DNA of 60,759 nt from an uncultured Dehalococcoidaceae bacterium (GTDB lineage: Bacteria; Chloroflexota; Dehalococcoidia; Dehalococcoidales; RBG-16-60-22): positions 1 through 60,759 of the forward strand of contig CAZJGR010000002.1 in the NCBI GenBank assembly GCA_964545815.1, in the 5' to 3' direction. Shown here one piece after another: positions 41,479-52,000 of the stretch (the stretch's first letter is position 1; each line of letters starts with the position of its first letter). The position numbers and the translations under genes are program-made. The notes under the pieces were generated by a model. It was not told the DNA's origin and did no database searches. It saw only the letters and a program-made list of their open reading frames with translations.

Positions 41479-41502
41479 CTGAGCTTATCAGGATAAGTCC
41501 AG
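41479..41502. repeat. outer-arm hairpin CTGAGCTTATC-ag-GATAAGTCCAG
   Basis: 11-bp arms with 2 mismatches. Confidence 0.7.
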
Positions 41503-41514
41503 AAGGTATTTATC

Positions 41515-44500
41515 ATGCCTAGCGATTCCTATGTTTTCCGAGTAAAACTGGAGGGCGGTGACGCCGTTAAACAGGCCATTGCCATCCGCAAGGAAGTCGA
41601 GAAAGAACTCGGCCAGGCGGCCGGCTTTGATCTGGGCGGCATTGAGACCGCTACCGGACAGCTGAAGGAACTGGCTGCGTCCGCTCGCGGTGTTGGACGG
41701 GCCATGACCGCCGGATTCAGGGAGTCGGTTAATCTCCTCCTGACCGATATCGGCACGCTACAACAGCAAGTCAACCAGGTAGTTCGCGCCGGGACCGGCC
41801 CCGTCGAGGAGGCCATGAAGGAACTCGGCGTGGTTGGCCTCGATGCCCTGAACATCGTAGATACCGGCTCGACCCAAGCCACGCAGAAAATGGCCCGCCT
41901 GACCACCGAAATCAAGGGTGCCCAGGCGCAGATTCAGGCCCTACAAACCCGCATGGCTCAACTCGGCGCCCAACCCATGGTCGTCCCCGGATCTCTGAGT
42001 GGCGAAGTCAAAACAGTTGGAGCTTTGTTTAAGGAGCTAACCACCAGCCGCTGGCAAGAAGTCCGCCGTATGTTTAGAGCGGCCAAAGAGGAGCTGGCCC
42101 CCCTGCGGGCCGAAATCGAGGCTCAGGCCGAAGCCCTCCGCACCCAAACCGCCCCCGCTTATGCCGCCGCCAAATCCGAAGTCGACCAACTGGCCGCCGC
42201 TCAAGATAAGCTGATCGAGGAACAAGCTCAGTATCAGCGTGCTCAACAAGAATTGGGAAGAAGCCTGCGCATCGCGCCCCGCTACAAGGAACTCAGCGCC
42301 GAAATCAAGCTCTACGGCGAGGCGATTATAGCTGCCACAGATAACCTGACCGCACTCCGGTCCATCATGGTCACCGGAGGCATGACCGAAGAACAGGCCG
42401 AATTGGCCGCCAAAGAGAAACAGTATGCCCAGAGCCTGGAACAAAGCACCGTCTGGTGGAAAGTCCTGACCGAAAGCGCCGGAGAACATAGCAAGGCCGT
42501 CGAATATGTAGCACTCAGTGACGAGAACGCAGCCAAAGCCCTGCGCGGGATGTTGGAGGCGTACGAGCAAATCAGCAAATTGCAGACCGGCATCAGCAGG
42601 GGCATCGGCACAATGGGCCGCCTGGGAGAAAAGGTCGAACTACCGGCCGCCGCCGAAGGGACCCTGGCTACATTTGTCATCGCCGAAAGGCAGTTAGGTA
42701 CAGATACCCGACTGGCCAGCGATGAACTACTCAGGCAGAAAAGAGAACTTGTCGGATTGACCAAGGCCCTGGACGAAGCCGCCCTGGCCGCCCAAGGGCT
42801 GGACAAGGTCCAGCGCGCCGCCGTCTCTCGCGTCCAGGCTATCGGTATCAGGGAAGTCAAGACGGCCACCCCCCTGCGTGGCCGGACCGTAGAGGAAGCC
42901 GGAGCCACCCTAACACCCGTTCTGGCGCAGATTATGGCGCAGACCGAGGCCATCAAAAAAGGTGCCCTTGTCGAGCTGGACCGCCTCGAACAAGAGGGCA
43001 TCAAGCGGCAACCCTTTGGCTTCCTGATCCGCTTTGCTCAAAAAGCCCGCGCCGTTATCGTCGGCGAATCCATCATCCCCGATATGGTCACCGCCATCAA
43101 TGAGTGGCTGGCCAAAATCGGACTCGAAAACCCCTTCCAACCCCTCGCCATACAGGCCAACCAGGCCGGAGCCATGATCCAAACCGGCCTGCAGGAACGC
43201 CTCTCTGCTATCAATACCGACCAGGCCGAACAAGAACTGAAGGACCTCCGCGCCGAACTGCAGCGCACCGCCAACGCCATCGAAAGCCAGCTGGTTGTAA
43301 CCGGCGAAGCCTCACAATCCTACAAGATGGCTTATGCCGGCTATGCCGCCGAAGTGAAACGGGTCAGAGGAGAAGACCCGACCGCCATGGGCCTGCTGGC
43401 CCAGGGTAAGGCCCTGAAGGGAACCGGCGTCCGTGGCGAATTCAATGAACTCGCAATCATTGACGAGGGTTACCAGGCGATAAAGACCACCGTGGAGGAG
43501 CGCCAACGATTCAGCCAGGAAGAAACGGCCAAACTCCTCGAACTGGAGCACCGTTACTCGGCCATGCGACAGGTAGAACTCTCACTCGATCAGGAACTGG
43601 CCCAACGTAAGGTCACGGCCCTGAAACTGGCAATGGAACAGGCCTTTGAGACCGGCGACTTTGACCAGTTCGAGGCCCTGACCAAAGAGGCCGTGGCCGA
43701 AGACGAGCGCCTGGGTGAGATACAAAAGGAGTTGGCTTACCAGCGAGAGTCCGTTACCGGTTACGCTATGGAAGCCGCCGAGGAACAGCTGGCCCAATCC
43801 AAAGCCCTGGCCAAACGGACCATCCCCGTCGCTGCCCCTGCCGCCGCTGTAGGTACGGCCGTGGCCGGCGAAATGATCATGCCTCACATCACCGCAACCC
43901 AGGTCAAGAACGTCGAGAGCTATGCTGCAGCCATCAGAGACCTGGGACAGGCCATGACCGAGACCCGCCGTGTACTCCCCATCATCACGGAGGCCGAGCA
44001 AGAACGGGCCGTCGCGGCCGCTAAAGCCGTCGCTGAAGTCGAAGAGGCCGAGAAACGCCGCACTGTCGCCGCCCAAAAGACCCTCGTCGAGACCGAGGCC
44101 ATTGAACAGCGCCTGACCGCAACCCGGGCATCTCACCTCCGGGTCAGAGAGGAAGCTATTCGCCTCAGCGCCGCCTTTGAATTGGAAGCTCTACGGCAAA
44201 CAGCTATCGGCATGGAGGGAGAAGAAACCCGCAAGACGGCCGAAGTCCAGCACCATGCCCGCGTGCGAGAAATCGCCGTCGAGAAGGGAGCAGACCTGGA
44301 AGTCCAGGCCTCCCGCCGCAAGACCATCGCCGTCTCGGCCGAGGAGCGCCGCTTACTCCAGGAACAACGCTCCCAACAGCGCCTGCGAGAGATGGCCGTC
44401 AAAGCCTCCATCCAGGTCACGATGGAGCAGGAGAAACGGAAAACCCTCGCCCTGTCCGAGGAAGAGCGACGGCGCACTATCGCTCAGCAGGGAGAACTTA

Positions 44501-47500
44501 ATGACCGGGTCTCCAATGAGAAGAAGGCCATCCAGCAGACAACCGCGGCTGCGGCCGCGGGTGGACGTGGCGTCGGACCCACCGCGGCCGATATCGCCCG
44601 CTACGGCGGTGGAGGATTAGGAACCCTGTCCTGGGCCGTCCAGGAAGCCCAAAGCGCACAAATGGGCATCAGAATGTTATCCTACGACATTCAGTATATG
44701 TCCCGCTCGCTGCTCATGGCCGGTGCGGCTATGACCGGCCCGCCCATCCTGGCCATGAAGCGCTTTAACGACTATACCGCCACCACCAACCGCGCCGCGC
44801 GGGCCATGGGCCTGGCCCGTTCAGAGAGCGATTACTTGCGAGGAGCGATCATTGACCAGAGCCGCGCTATGGCCCTGGTCCGCCCCGAAGAAATGGCGCA
44901 GGGATTGTACCTGTGGGCCACCGGCGTGGGCGCCGCCGCCAAGAACCAGGCCCAGTTGAGGGACGTCATAGCCCAAACCATCCCCATCCAAAAATTGGCT
45001 TACATGCAGCAGATTGAGCTACCGGCTGCCGTTACCGCTGTAGCCGGCATCATGGCCGAATTCAGGATGGAATCCACCGAAACCGAGCGAGTTGTCTCCG
45101 TCCTGGACTCGACCGCCGACCGAACCTTTGCCACCGTTGACGACCTGGCTGAAGCCTTCAAATTTGTCGGCCCCATTGCCCACGACCTGGGCATCTCGAT
45201 GGAAGAGGTCGCCGGTGTGTTTGGCCTCCTGGCCGACGCCAATATCCGGGGGAGCATGGCCGGCCGCGCTTTTCGCCAGATGACCATCTCGTTCACCAAG
45301 ACCTCGGCCGAAGAAGACGAGGTCCTGAACCGCCTCCTGCGCCGCAATGTAGAGTTGGGAGAGACCTGGAGAGACCTCGTTTTCCCCAACGGCAAGTTTA
45401 TCGGCCTGACCCGCTACATAGACCTCCTGGCGGCCGCCACCGAAGACTTGACCGACCAGGAACGCGCCCAGACATTCGCCACCCTGTCCACCGCTAACGA
45501 ATTGCCCGTCCTGACCGCTTTGGTCTCTAAACAGATTGCGGCCAGGGAAAAAGGTATCAACGTCATCCGCGCCGAAGCCAACCAGACCATGGGGGTCATC
45601 GATAGCGAGGTGCGCGCCTACGCTATGTGGGAGAAAGAAACCACCGGCAACTATCGCACCCTGGAAGGCGCCCAGGAGTCCTTCAACCGCAAATTCACCG
45701 ATGCCACCGAGAGCGAGAACTACCAGATTAAAAAACTGCAAGTCCAGTGGGATGCTGCCATGCTCTCCCTGGGCCAGAGCACAATGGAGCTGGCTCTGCC
45801 CTACCTGGATGACCTGGGGCAGACCATAGATACCCTGACCAAATACCTGACAGAGAATCCGTGGGTGGTTACGGCCCTGCTGGCGGCCGGGGCAACCCTG
45901 ACCACTATCGGAGTTCTAGGCTCAACTGTAGGAACCCTCCTGCGAGTGGCAACGGCCATGCGGCAACTGGGCACAATGAAACGCCTCCTGGATGCCGCCC
46001 ATGCGGCCGCTGCTGTCCAACAGGCCGCAGCAGCCGCTGCCGCTGCCACCACCGAAGGTGCCGCCGTCGCGGCCGCAGCCACGACCGAAACCGCTGCCGT
46101 CGCGGCCGGGGCAACCGAAGAAGCCGCCGCCCTGGCTGCCGGTGTAACCGATGAAGGTGCGGCCCTGATTGCCGGGGCAACCGAAGAAGCCGCTGCCCTG
46201 GCTGCCGGTGTAACCGCCGAAGGTGCGGCTATAACTGCCGGCATAACCACCGAAGCCGCGGCCCTGACTGCTGCAGCCACGACCGAAGCTGCAGCCATAA
46301 CCGCTGCGGCCACGACTGAGGCGGGGGCCGTAACTGCCGCCGCCACAACTACAGCCGGTGCCACGACAGCCGGAGGCATCCTGTCAGGTATATTGGGTAC
46401 GGCCGGGACTATCCTGTCTGGCGCAGCCGCCGTCCTGGCCGGTGTAGGTCTGACAGTCGGCGGCCTTTTGGTCGGTTTCCTGGGCGCTACCGGCCTGGTA
46501 GACCTCCTCCGCCTGGCCAAAGGCGAAGAACTCCTCGGCCCGTTGGAGTCCCTCAATCTTTTGTGGGATTCCATACGAGGGAGTATTGCCCTGACCGTTG
46601 GCACAGGGGGCGGTATAGCTTCCTGGATCATGGGAGAAGATGCCGTCGAACAGGCTGAAGCCTTTGACCGCGCCGCCTTCGAAGCTGCCAAGACCCTGGG
46701 GCTGATCGACAAAAACCTGCAATGGATAGACCAGAACACACAAGCCGTAACCGCCTCGGTCGAGGAATTGCCTGCCGATACCGAAGCCTGGCGTAAGGAA
46801 CTGCGGGACGGTGGCGACGATATGGAGAACATGAAGAAGCAAACCGAACGCGCCGCCGACGAAGCCCGCCGCCTGGGGGATAACCTGGAACAACTTCCGG
46901 CCCTGACCGGCCTGGGCCTGGCTGCCTTCAGCGAAGCCGAGCTACAGGCCATTGACGAATTGGAGGATTACCTAAAACGGCGTAACGAAATGGTCGAAGA
47001 TCAGAATGAGGACCTGGCCAAGATGGCCCGGGGCTATGCCAAAGAGGATAGAGATGCTGAAGCGAAATACCTGGCCGACCGCGCCAAGCTGGAAGCCGAA
47101 CTCGGAGCGGTGCAGGAGGAACCTCTGTGGAGAACCGGCGAGGAGGCACAGCGTGCGGCCAAGGCAGAAGCCAAAGCACTCAAGGACTACCAGCAGAGCG
47201 TGGAAAGAGCCACCGCAGATCACCTGAAGAAGCTGGCCGATATGGCCCTCGACCATGATGATAAAATGGAGGATCTCGAGGCGGCCAGGGATGCCAAGGG
47301 TATCATCCAGGAACAACGGCGCTATAGCCGCCAGGTCAGGGATGAAGAAGACCAGTTCGGTGAGCAATTGACCGACCTCCAAACCCGCCTGGAGGAAACC
47401 CGGCAGGAAGAAAGAACTAAGCTGGAGGAAACCCGCCAGGAACGGCGAAAAGACCTCCAGGACAAGCTGGCCGAATTGGACGCCACGTATGCCCAGGAGA

Positions 47501-48126
47501 AAGCGGGCCGGCAAGCCGATTACCAGGAAAAGGTCGCCGAGAAAAAGCTACAGGGCCAACAGGACCTGATAGACCTGGAACAGAGCCATGCCGAGAAGCT
47601 GGCAAAGATCATGGGCTGGGAGGATGAAATCAGACAACAACTCCGGCTGAAGTACGTCGACCGCGCCGCCGACCTGCGCGCCCACCTGGCTGAGATGGAG
47701 AAAATCTATGCGGCCATGTATGACCTGGCCACCCAGCCCGCCGCCGTACCGGCCGTCGGCACGCTCGCCCCCAGGGAGGCCAGCGCCACAGCCTGGGCCG
47801 CCCACGGCCTCACGCGCACTACCCGCCGCAGACAGGCCGGAGGCTATGCCGATTATGGCTCCTATGTGCTGGGTGAGACGGGACGGGAATTTGTCCTGAG
47901 CAGTGGCACAACCGGCGCTCTCGAGCGCGCCATCGGCACACTGACTCAACAGCGGGTCGCGGGCCTGGCTACCCAGGAAGGCTATAATCGCCTGGACATC
48001 CGGGTAACAGCCGATAGACATTTCAGCCCCGACTTCGCCGAACAGACCGAGGAAATGGTCAGGCAGCAAATAGCAACCCTGGCCGACCGGGTATCTCGCA
48101 ACCGGCCGGGAGCCTACCGTCAATAA
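41515..48126 (+). CDS. tape measure protein (2203 aa)
   Basis: Size, position, long coiled-coil content, central hydrophobic segments, Ala/Thr 11-mer repeats. Confidence 0.9.
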   Translation: MPSDSYVFRVKLEGGDAVKQAIAIRKEVEKELGQAAGFDLGGIETATGQLKELAASARGVGRAMTAGFRESVNLLLTDIGTLQQQVNQVVRAGTGPVEEAMKELGVVGLDALNIVDTGSTQATQKMARLTTEIKGAQAQIQALQTRMAQLGAQPMVVPGSLSGEVKTVGALFKELTTSRWQEVRRMFRAAKEELAPLRAEIEAQAEALRTQTAPAYAAAKSEVDQLAAAQDKLIEEQAQYQRAQQELGRSLRIAPRYKELSAEIKLYGEAIIAATDNLTALRSIMVTGGMTEEQAELAAKEKQYAQSLEQSTVWWKVLTESAGEHSKAVEYVALSDENAAKALRGMLEAYEQISKLQTGISRGIGTMGRLGEKVELPAAAEGTLATFVIAERQLGTDTRLASDELLRQKRELVGLTKALDEAALAAQGLDKVQRAAVSRVQAIGIREVKTATPLRGRTVEEAGATLTPVLAQIMAQTEAIKKGALVELDRLEQEGIKRQPFGFLIRFAQKARAVIVGESIIPDMVTAINEWLAKIGLENPFQPLAIQANQAGAMIQTGLQERLSAINTDQAEQELKDLRAELQRTANAIESQLVVTGEASQSYKMAYAGYAAEVKRVRGEDPTAMGLLAQGKALKGTGVRGEFNELAIIDEGYQAIKTTVEERQRFSQEETAKLLELEHRYSAMRQVELSLDQELAQRKVTALKLAMEQAFETGDFDQFEALTKEAVAEDERLGEIQKELAYQRESVTGYAMEAAEEQLAQSKALAKRTIPVAAPAAAVGTAVAGEMIMPHITATQVKNVESYAAAIRDLGQAMTETRRVLPIITEAEQERAVAAAKAVAEVEEAEKRRTVAAQKTLVETEAIEQRLTATRASHLRVREEAIRLSAAFELEALRQTAIGMEGEETRKTAEVQHHARVREIAVEKGADLEVQASRRKTIAVSAEERRLLQEQRSQQRLREMAVKASIQVTMEQEKRKTLALSEEERRRTIAQQGELNDRVSNEKKAIQQTTAAAAAGGRGVGPTAADIARYGGGGLGTLSWAVQEAQSAQMGIRMLSYDIQYMSRSLLMAGAAMTGPPILAMKRFNDYTATTNRAARAMGLARSESDYLRGAIIDQSRAMALVRPEEMAQGLYLWATGVGAAAKNQAQLRDVIAQTIPIQKLAYMQQIELPAAVTAVAGIMAEFRMESTETERVVSVLDSTADRTFATVDDLAEAFKFVGPIAHDLGISMEEVAGVFGLLADANIRGSMAGRAFRQMTISFTKTSAEEDEVLNRLLRRNVELGETWRDLVFPNGKFIGLTRYIDLLAAATEDLTDQERAQTFATLSTANELPVLTALVSKQIAAREKGINVIRAEANQTMGVIDSEVRAYAMWEKETTGNYRTLEGAQESFNRKFTDATESENYQIKKLQVQWDAAMLSLGQSTMELALPYLDDLGQTIDTLTKYLTENPWVVTALLAAGATLTTIGVLGSTVGTLLRVATAMRQLGTMKRLLDAAHAAAAVQQAAAAAAAATTEGAAVAAAATTETAAVAAGATEEAAALAAGVTDEGAALIAGATEEAAALAAGVTAEGAAITAGITTEAAALTAAATTEAAAITAAATTEAGAVTAAATTTAGATTAGGILSGILGTAGTILSGAAAVLAGVGLTVGGLLVGFLGATGLVDLLRLAKGEELLGPLESLNLLWDSIRGSIALTVGTGGGIASWIMGEDAVEQAEAFDRAAFEAAKTLGLIDKNLQWIDQNTQAVTASVEELPADTEAWRKELRDGGDDMENMKKQTERAADEARRLGDNLEQLPALTGLGLAAFSEAELQAIDELEDYLKRRNEMVEDQNEDLAKMARGYAKEDRDAEAKYLADRAKLEAELGAVQEEPLWRTGEEAQRAAKAEAKALKDYQQSVERATADHLKKLADMALDHDDKMEDLEAARDAKGIIQEQRRYSRQVRDEEDQFGEQLTDLQTRLEETRQEERTKLEETRQERRKDLQDKLAELDATYAQEKAGRQADYQEKVAEKKLQGQQDLIDLEQSHAEKLAKIMGWEDEIRQQLRLKYVDRAADLRAHLAEMEKIYAAMYDLATQPAAVPAVGTLAPREASATAWAAHGLTRTTRRRQAGGYADYGSYVLGETGREFVLSSGTTGALERAIGTLTQQRVAGLATQEGYNRLDIRVTADRHFSPDFAEQTEEMVRQQIATLADRVSRNRPGAYRQ
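46048..46377 (+). repeat. 10 x 11-aa Ala/Thr/Glu repeats inside the tape measure gene
   Basis: TTEGAAVAAAA / TTETAAVAAGA / TEEAAALAAGV ... TTTAGATTAGG. Confidence 0.85.
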
Positions 48127-48137
48127 CCCTGGACTTA

Positions 48138-48177
48138 CCTGCCTGCCTACCTAATAGGTAGGCCTGCGACAGGCAGG
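48138..48177. repeat. 40-bp composite palindrome, second exact copy
   Basis: Identical to 29533-29572. Flanked by CCCTGGACTTA on the 5' side. Confidence 0.95.
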
Positions 48178-48204
48178 TCAAGAAAAGCTCGGAGAGGAGA
48201 GGTT

Positions 48205-48651
48205 ATGGGAATAGACCTGGAAATGACCATGCAGTGGGAACCGTTGGTGGCAGAACTGGCGAAACCCTACGGCATCGAGGTTTCCGAAGTACTGGCTATC
48301 ATCTACATGGAGAGTAAGGGTGACCCTATAGCTGTCAACCGGATTAGCAAAGCCACCGGATTGATGCAGGTGATGCCCAAAGAGGCCGGAGAGCCGTTTT
48401 TAGATCGGCCCACCCAGGAGGACCTCAAGGACCCCCGCATCAACATCCAGTGGGGTTGTAAAATCCTGGCCGAAGCCCATGCTAAAGCGGCCGAGATAGG
48501 GAAGGGACGCCGGAGAGCTATTTACTTTTACACCGGAGGAGAGGCCTGGTCCTCAGAGGAAGATTTTTTGAACCGCTACTGGGCGCCCTTTCTGTTGGTC
48601 AAGTCATCTATTGCTATGAACACCAGGCGATTTTATAAGGGCGGGCACTAA
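48205..48651 (+). CDS. lytic transglycosylase (SLT domain)
   Basis: IIYMESKGDPIAVNRISKATGLMQVMP. Confidence 0.85.
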   Translation: MGIDLEMTMQWEPLVAELAKPYGIEVSEVLAIIYMESKGDPIAVNRISKATGLMQVMPKEAGEPFLDRPTQEDLKDPRINIQWGCKILAEAHAKAAEIGKGRRRAIYFYTGGEAWSSEEDFLNRYWAPFLLVKSSIAMNTRRFYKGGH

Positions 48652-49044
48652 ATGGCCGATTACGAATATGCCATCGGCCTGACGGCCGAAACTCTACAGA
48701 ACCTGGAGGACGACCTGGGCCTGCCGCCGCCCCATCCCGCCGTCTTCCAGGAGTGGTCCACCTCCTACACGGCCGGAGATGGCAGCGTTTACGGCGACGG
48801 CTGGCCCTCGGTTGAATGGCATTTTGACTATCTGTCTGCCGTCCACGTGGCTGCCCTGCGCACCTTCTGCACCGGCAAAAGTGCGCCGGTGTACATCCGA
48901 ACCATCCAGGCAGACGGGACGACCTACGGCAATTACAGCGCCGTCATGACCTGGCCGACCATGCCGGAGGATGCCGCTTTTCAGATGGGCCGCGCCGTGA
49001 CCGACTTTGTGCTGAAAATGACTCACCTGGAGGTGGTAACGTAA
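48652..49044 (+). CDS. minor tail protein (130 aa)
   Basis: Position only. Confidence 0.55.
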   Translation: MADYEYAIGLTAETLQNLEDDLGLPPPHPAVFQEWSTSYTAGDGSVYGDGWPSVEWHFDYLSAVHVAALRTFCTGKSAPVYIRTIQADGTTYGNYSAVMTWPTMPEDAAFQMGRAVTDFVLKMTHLEVVT

Positions 49045-52000
49045 TGCCTGAGCTAAGCCCTGGCGACCTGGCCCTCCTGCGCACCCATCCCCACAAAAGC
49101 GAAGAATGCCTGGCCGTGCTACACCCTGCCACCATGTTGACCTGCCTCCTGGACGGCGTCCCAACCGGCGACCCCGTAACCCAAATCAGCTACAGCGACA
49201 TCGATGAGGGCGACCCTTTGAATGTCATCGCCGGCATGACTCTATATGTGGGGACCTCTGAGGGAGGGAGGCAGAAGGGAACCTGCCGCATCCGCAAGGC
49301 GCCGGCCGATAGCATCCTCTACATAGCCGAAGACTCCAAAATTGAGTGGGAGGACGATGATTACCTGACCGTCGTGGAAAACTACGAGTTGTGGGTCAAA
49401 TATCCCCGCCTGGTCGTGGCGGGAGAGACCCTGACCATCTACAAGGACTGGGAGCAAGCTTACAACGGCGAACACTCCAACTGGCCGCCGGTCGCTATCC
49501 TGGGGCCTCCCGATTGCCAGTTCATTGACCCCGATACCGGCCTGGCCACCTGCAGCTTTGTGGGAGAGAGAAGCTATGCCGTCGCCCCAGGAGCGACCAT
49601 CCCCGGCGCTAACTATACCTGGTACTTTCCAGACGGGACCCCCGAGGTGTCTACCGACCCGGGCACGGAAGCGGCCCCAATTGTGGTGACCTGGGATGCC
49701 CCTGGGACCTATTGGGTACAGCTCGAGGTTGAGGATTCTAACGGCAAGACTCACCTGGGCCGCCGCCCCGTTTTCATCTTTGACAGGACCGGTACAGACG
49801 CACCTTATACCCGTTTCAAGATGGGCAGCCGCTCAGGAAGCATTGGCCAACATGGACACCAGGCCTCATTCGAGGTTTACGGCGATGCCGACCAGGCCGA
49901 GTTTCCGGACGGTGCCCTGGTTGTCTATTTCACTCAGGACGGGTATGGCGATACCCAACAGAGCATTGGAGGCAACTTTCCTTTCAGGTCGCATATCAAG
50001 TTTGTGGGTTATATCCAGCGAGAGTCCACGCAAAAGGACCCTGAGACCTCCACCGTAACCTTTGAGGCCGCCACCATCAACAGCCTCATGGCAGCCCGGG
50101 AGGGCTTTAGCTGCTGGATAAAAACCCGGGGGACGGCCACCACCTGGAGCGATGCGGTGGCCCTTACCGCCGACCGCGCCGCCCTTTCCCTCTGCCGTCA
50201 CCACTCGACCATCCTGGATATTTGTGACGTCATAATTTCAGGAAATACCCTGTACATCAAGTCCCAGGAATTCGCTGCCAAGACCAACCTTCTACAGCAG
50301 CTGCAGACTCTCTATGATGACCTTTTCGCTCACGTGGCCTGCGACAAACAGGGACGGCTTTACTTTGACCTCGACCCGCAAATGAGACCGGTGAGCGAGA
50401 GGGATGACATTGATGTCATCGTCGACCTGACCCACGCCGACTGGCGGGACAAACTCGGCCTGCCTCGCCCCCAGGAGCCCAAGACGTCATTTATCAACCT
50501 GGCGGGAGTGGCCTACCCCGGCTACCCCCACGACGTCATCCCTATCCTGTCTAAAGCCCCCGGCGATGCCCCCGCCTACGGCGGCTCGACCAGGGAGATC
50601 TCCGGCCTGATTTTATCTACCCAGGCCGATGGCAACGAAAAGGCCGGCCTGGCCCTGGCCGCCGATAACAATGAGTTTCCCCAGGTGAGTATACCCCTGG
50701 CTGGTCATTGGGACGTTTTTGACATCGTGCCCCAGGAGTACGTCCGCCTGTCCCTGGCGGCCGGCGACACCAAACGCGGCATCGTCTGGACCAACCAGAA
50801 GCTCATCCCGAGGCAAGTCAATTACCGCGTCGAGGAAGGGGATAGCGGCCGCGCCATCCAGGTAGACATCGAGGTCGAGAAGGATTCTTTCGGACCGGCC
50901 GGAGTAGACGGCGATTACCCGACCGACGTCCCGCCCGTTACGACTACCACCACTGCCCCACCCCCCACACCTCCACCTGGCGGCTATGAGGGAGAGGCCG
51001 GGACCGTCGTCGCAGCTCACAGCGAGGACGGCGTGTACTGGAGTGACTTCATGGGCGAATCCTGGGAGAACCGCCTGGCAGGAGCGGTGCTCGACCTGAT
51101 CTGGGACCCCTGGTGGTTCACCAATGAGCGCGCCGGAAACCATGATCCGGCCAACTGCATCCTGTGGGCCTGCGGCCCTGGCTTTATCAAGGTAAGTCCA
51201 GACGCGGGAGAAACCTGGACTGGCCGCACCCCGACCGATGATCCTCCTAATACCTGGGAGGACACCACCCCGCCCACGGCTACCGGTGTAACTTACAAAC
51301 AGCTGCACGGCGACATCTACAACCTGGACGTCTTCTATGCCCTGGTGGAATGGCAGGAGGTAGATAGCGGCCTGGACAAGTGGCGGGGTTGGGTGGCCAA
51401 GACTCTTGACAACGGCCTGCACTGGACCTGGTATGAACTGGCCTCGTTTATCGGAGGCCCAACCTATACCTTCGATTGGGCCGGTGGACCCGAAGGATTC
51501 ACCCCTGTGGGTGAAACGTTTTGGGCGCAGGAAAGTATAGCAACCTGGTACGATGGCGTCTGGCCATCCTGCCCTGACGGCGGGGATGGTTACTGGTTGG
51601 CTAACGCCGTCTCGCCGGGCGGCCCTTGGGCAGATTGGGAAACGTATATCTGTCTGCAATACGCCACCAAAATGAGCTTTGACACGGTAAACTGGCTTTA
51701 CCGGCAATGGGGTGGCCTCAACGTAGGCGGTCAAAGACTGGAGGTTTATACCTCGGTTAACGGCGTAGACTGGGTTCAGGCCTATACTACCTACTGGGAA
51801 TCCGACCAACCCTGCCCTTATGCCTCGGGCGCCGTTCCTCTGGTTGTGGCAGATAAGTATGCCCGCTTTGTTGTGTGGGGGCATGGCGCTTTCGGGCACG
51901 TCCCTGAGAACGCTTTTTTTGCCCTGACCCTGACGAATCTGATCGCGGGCACAGTACAAATGCGGCCGCTGGCCTTCGATCTGGACATGGAAACCGGAGG

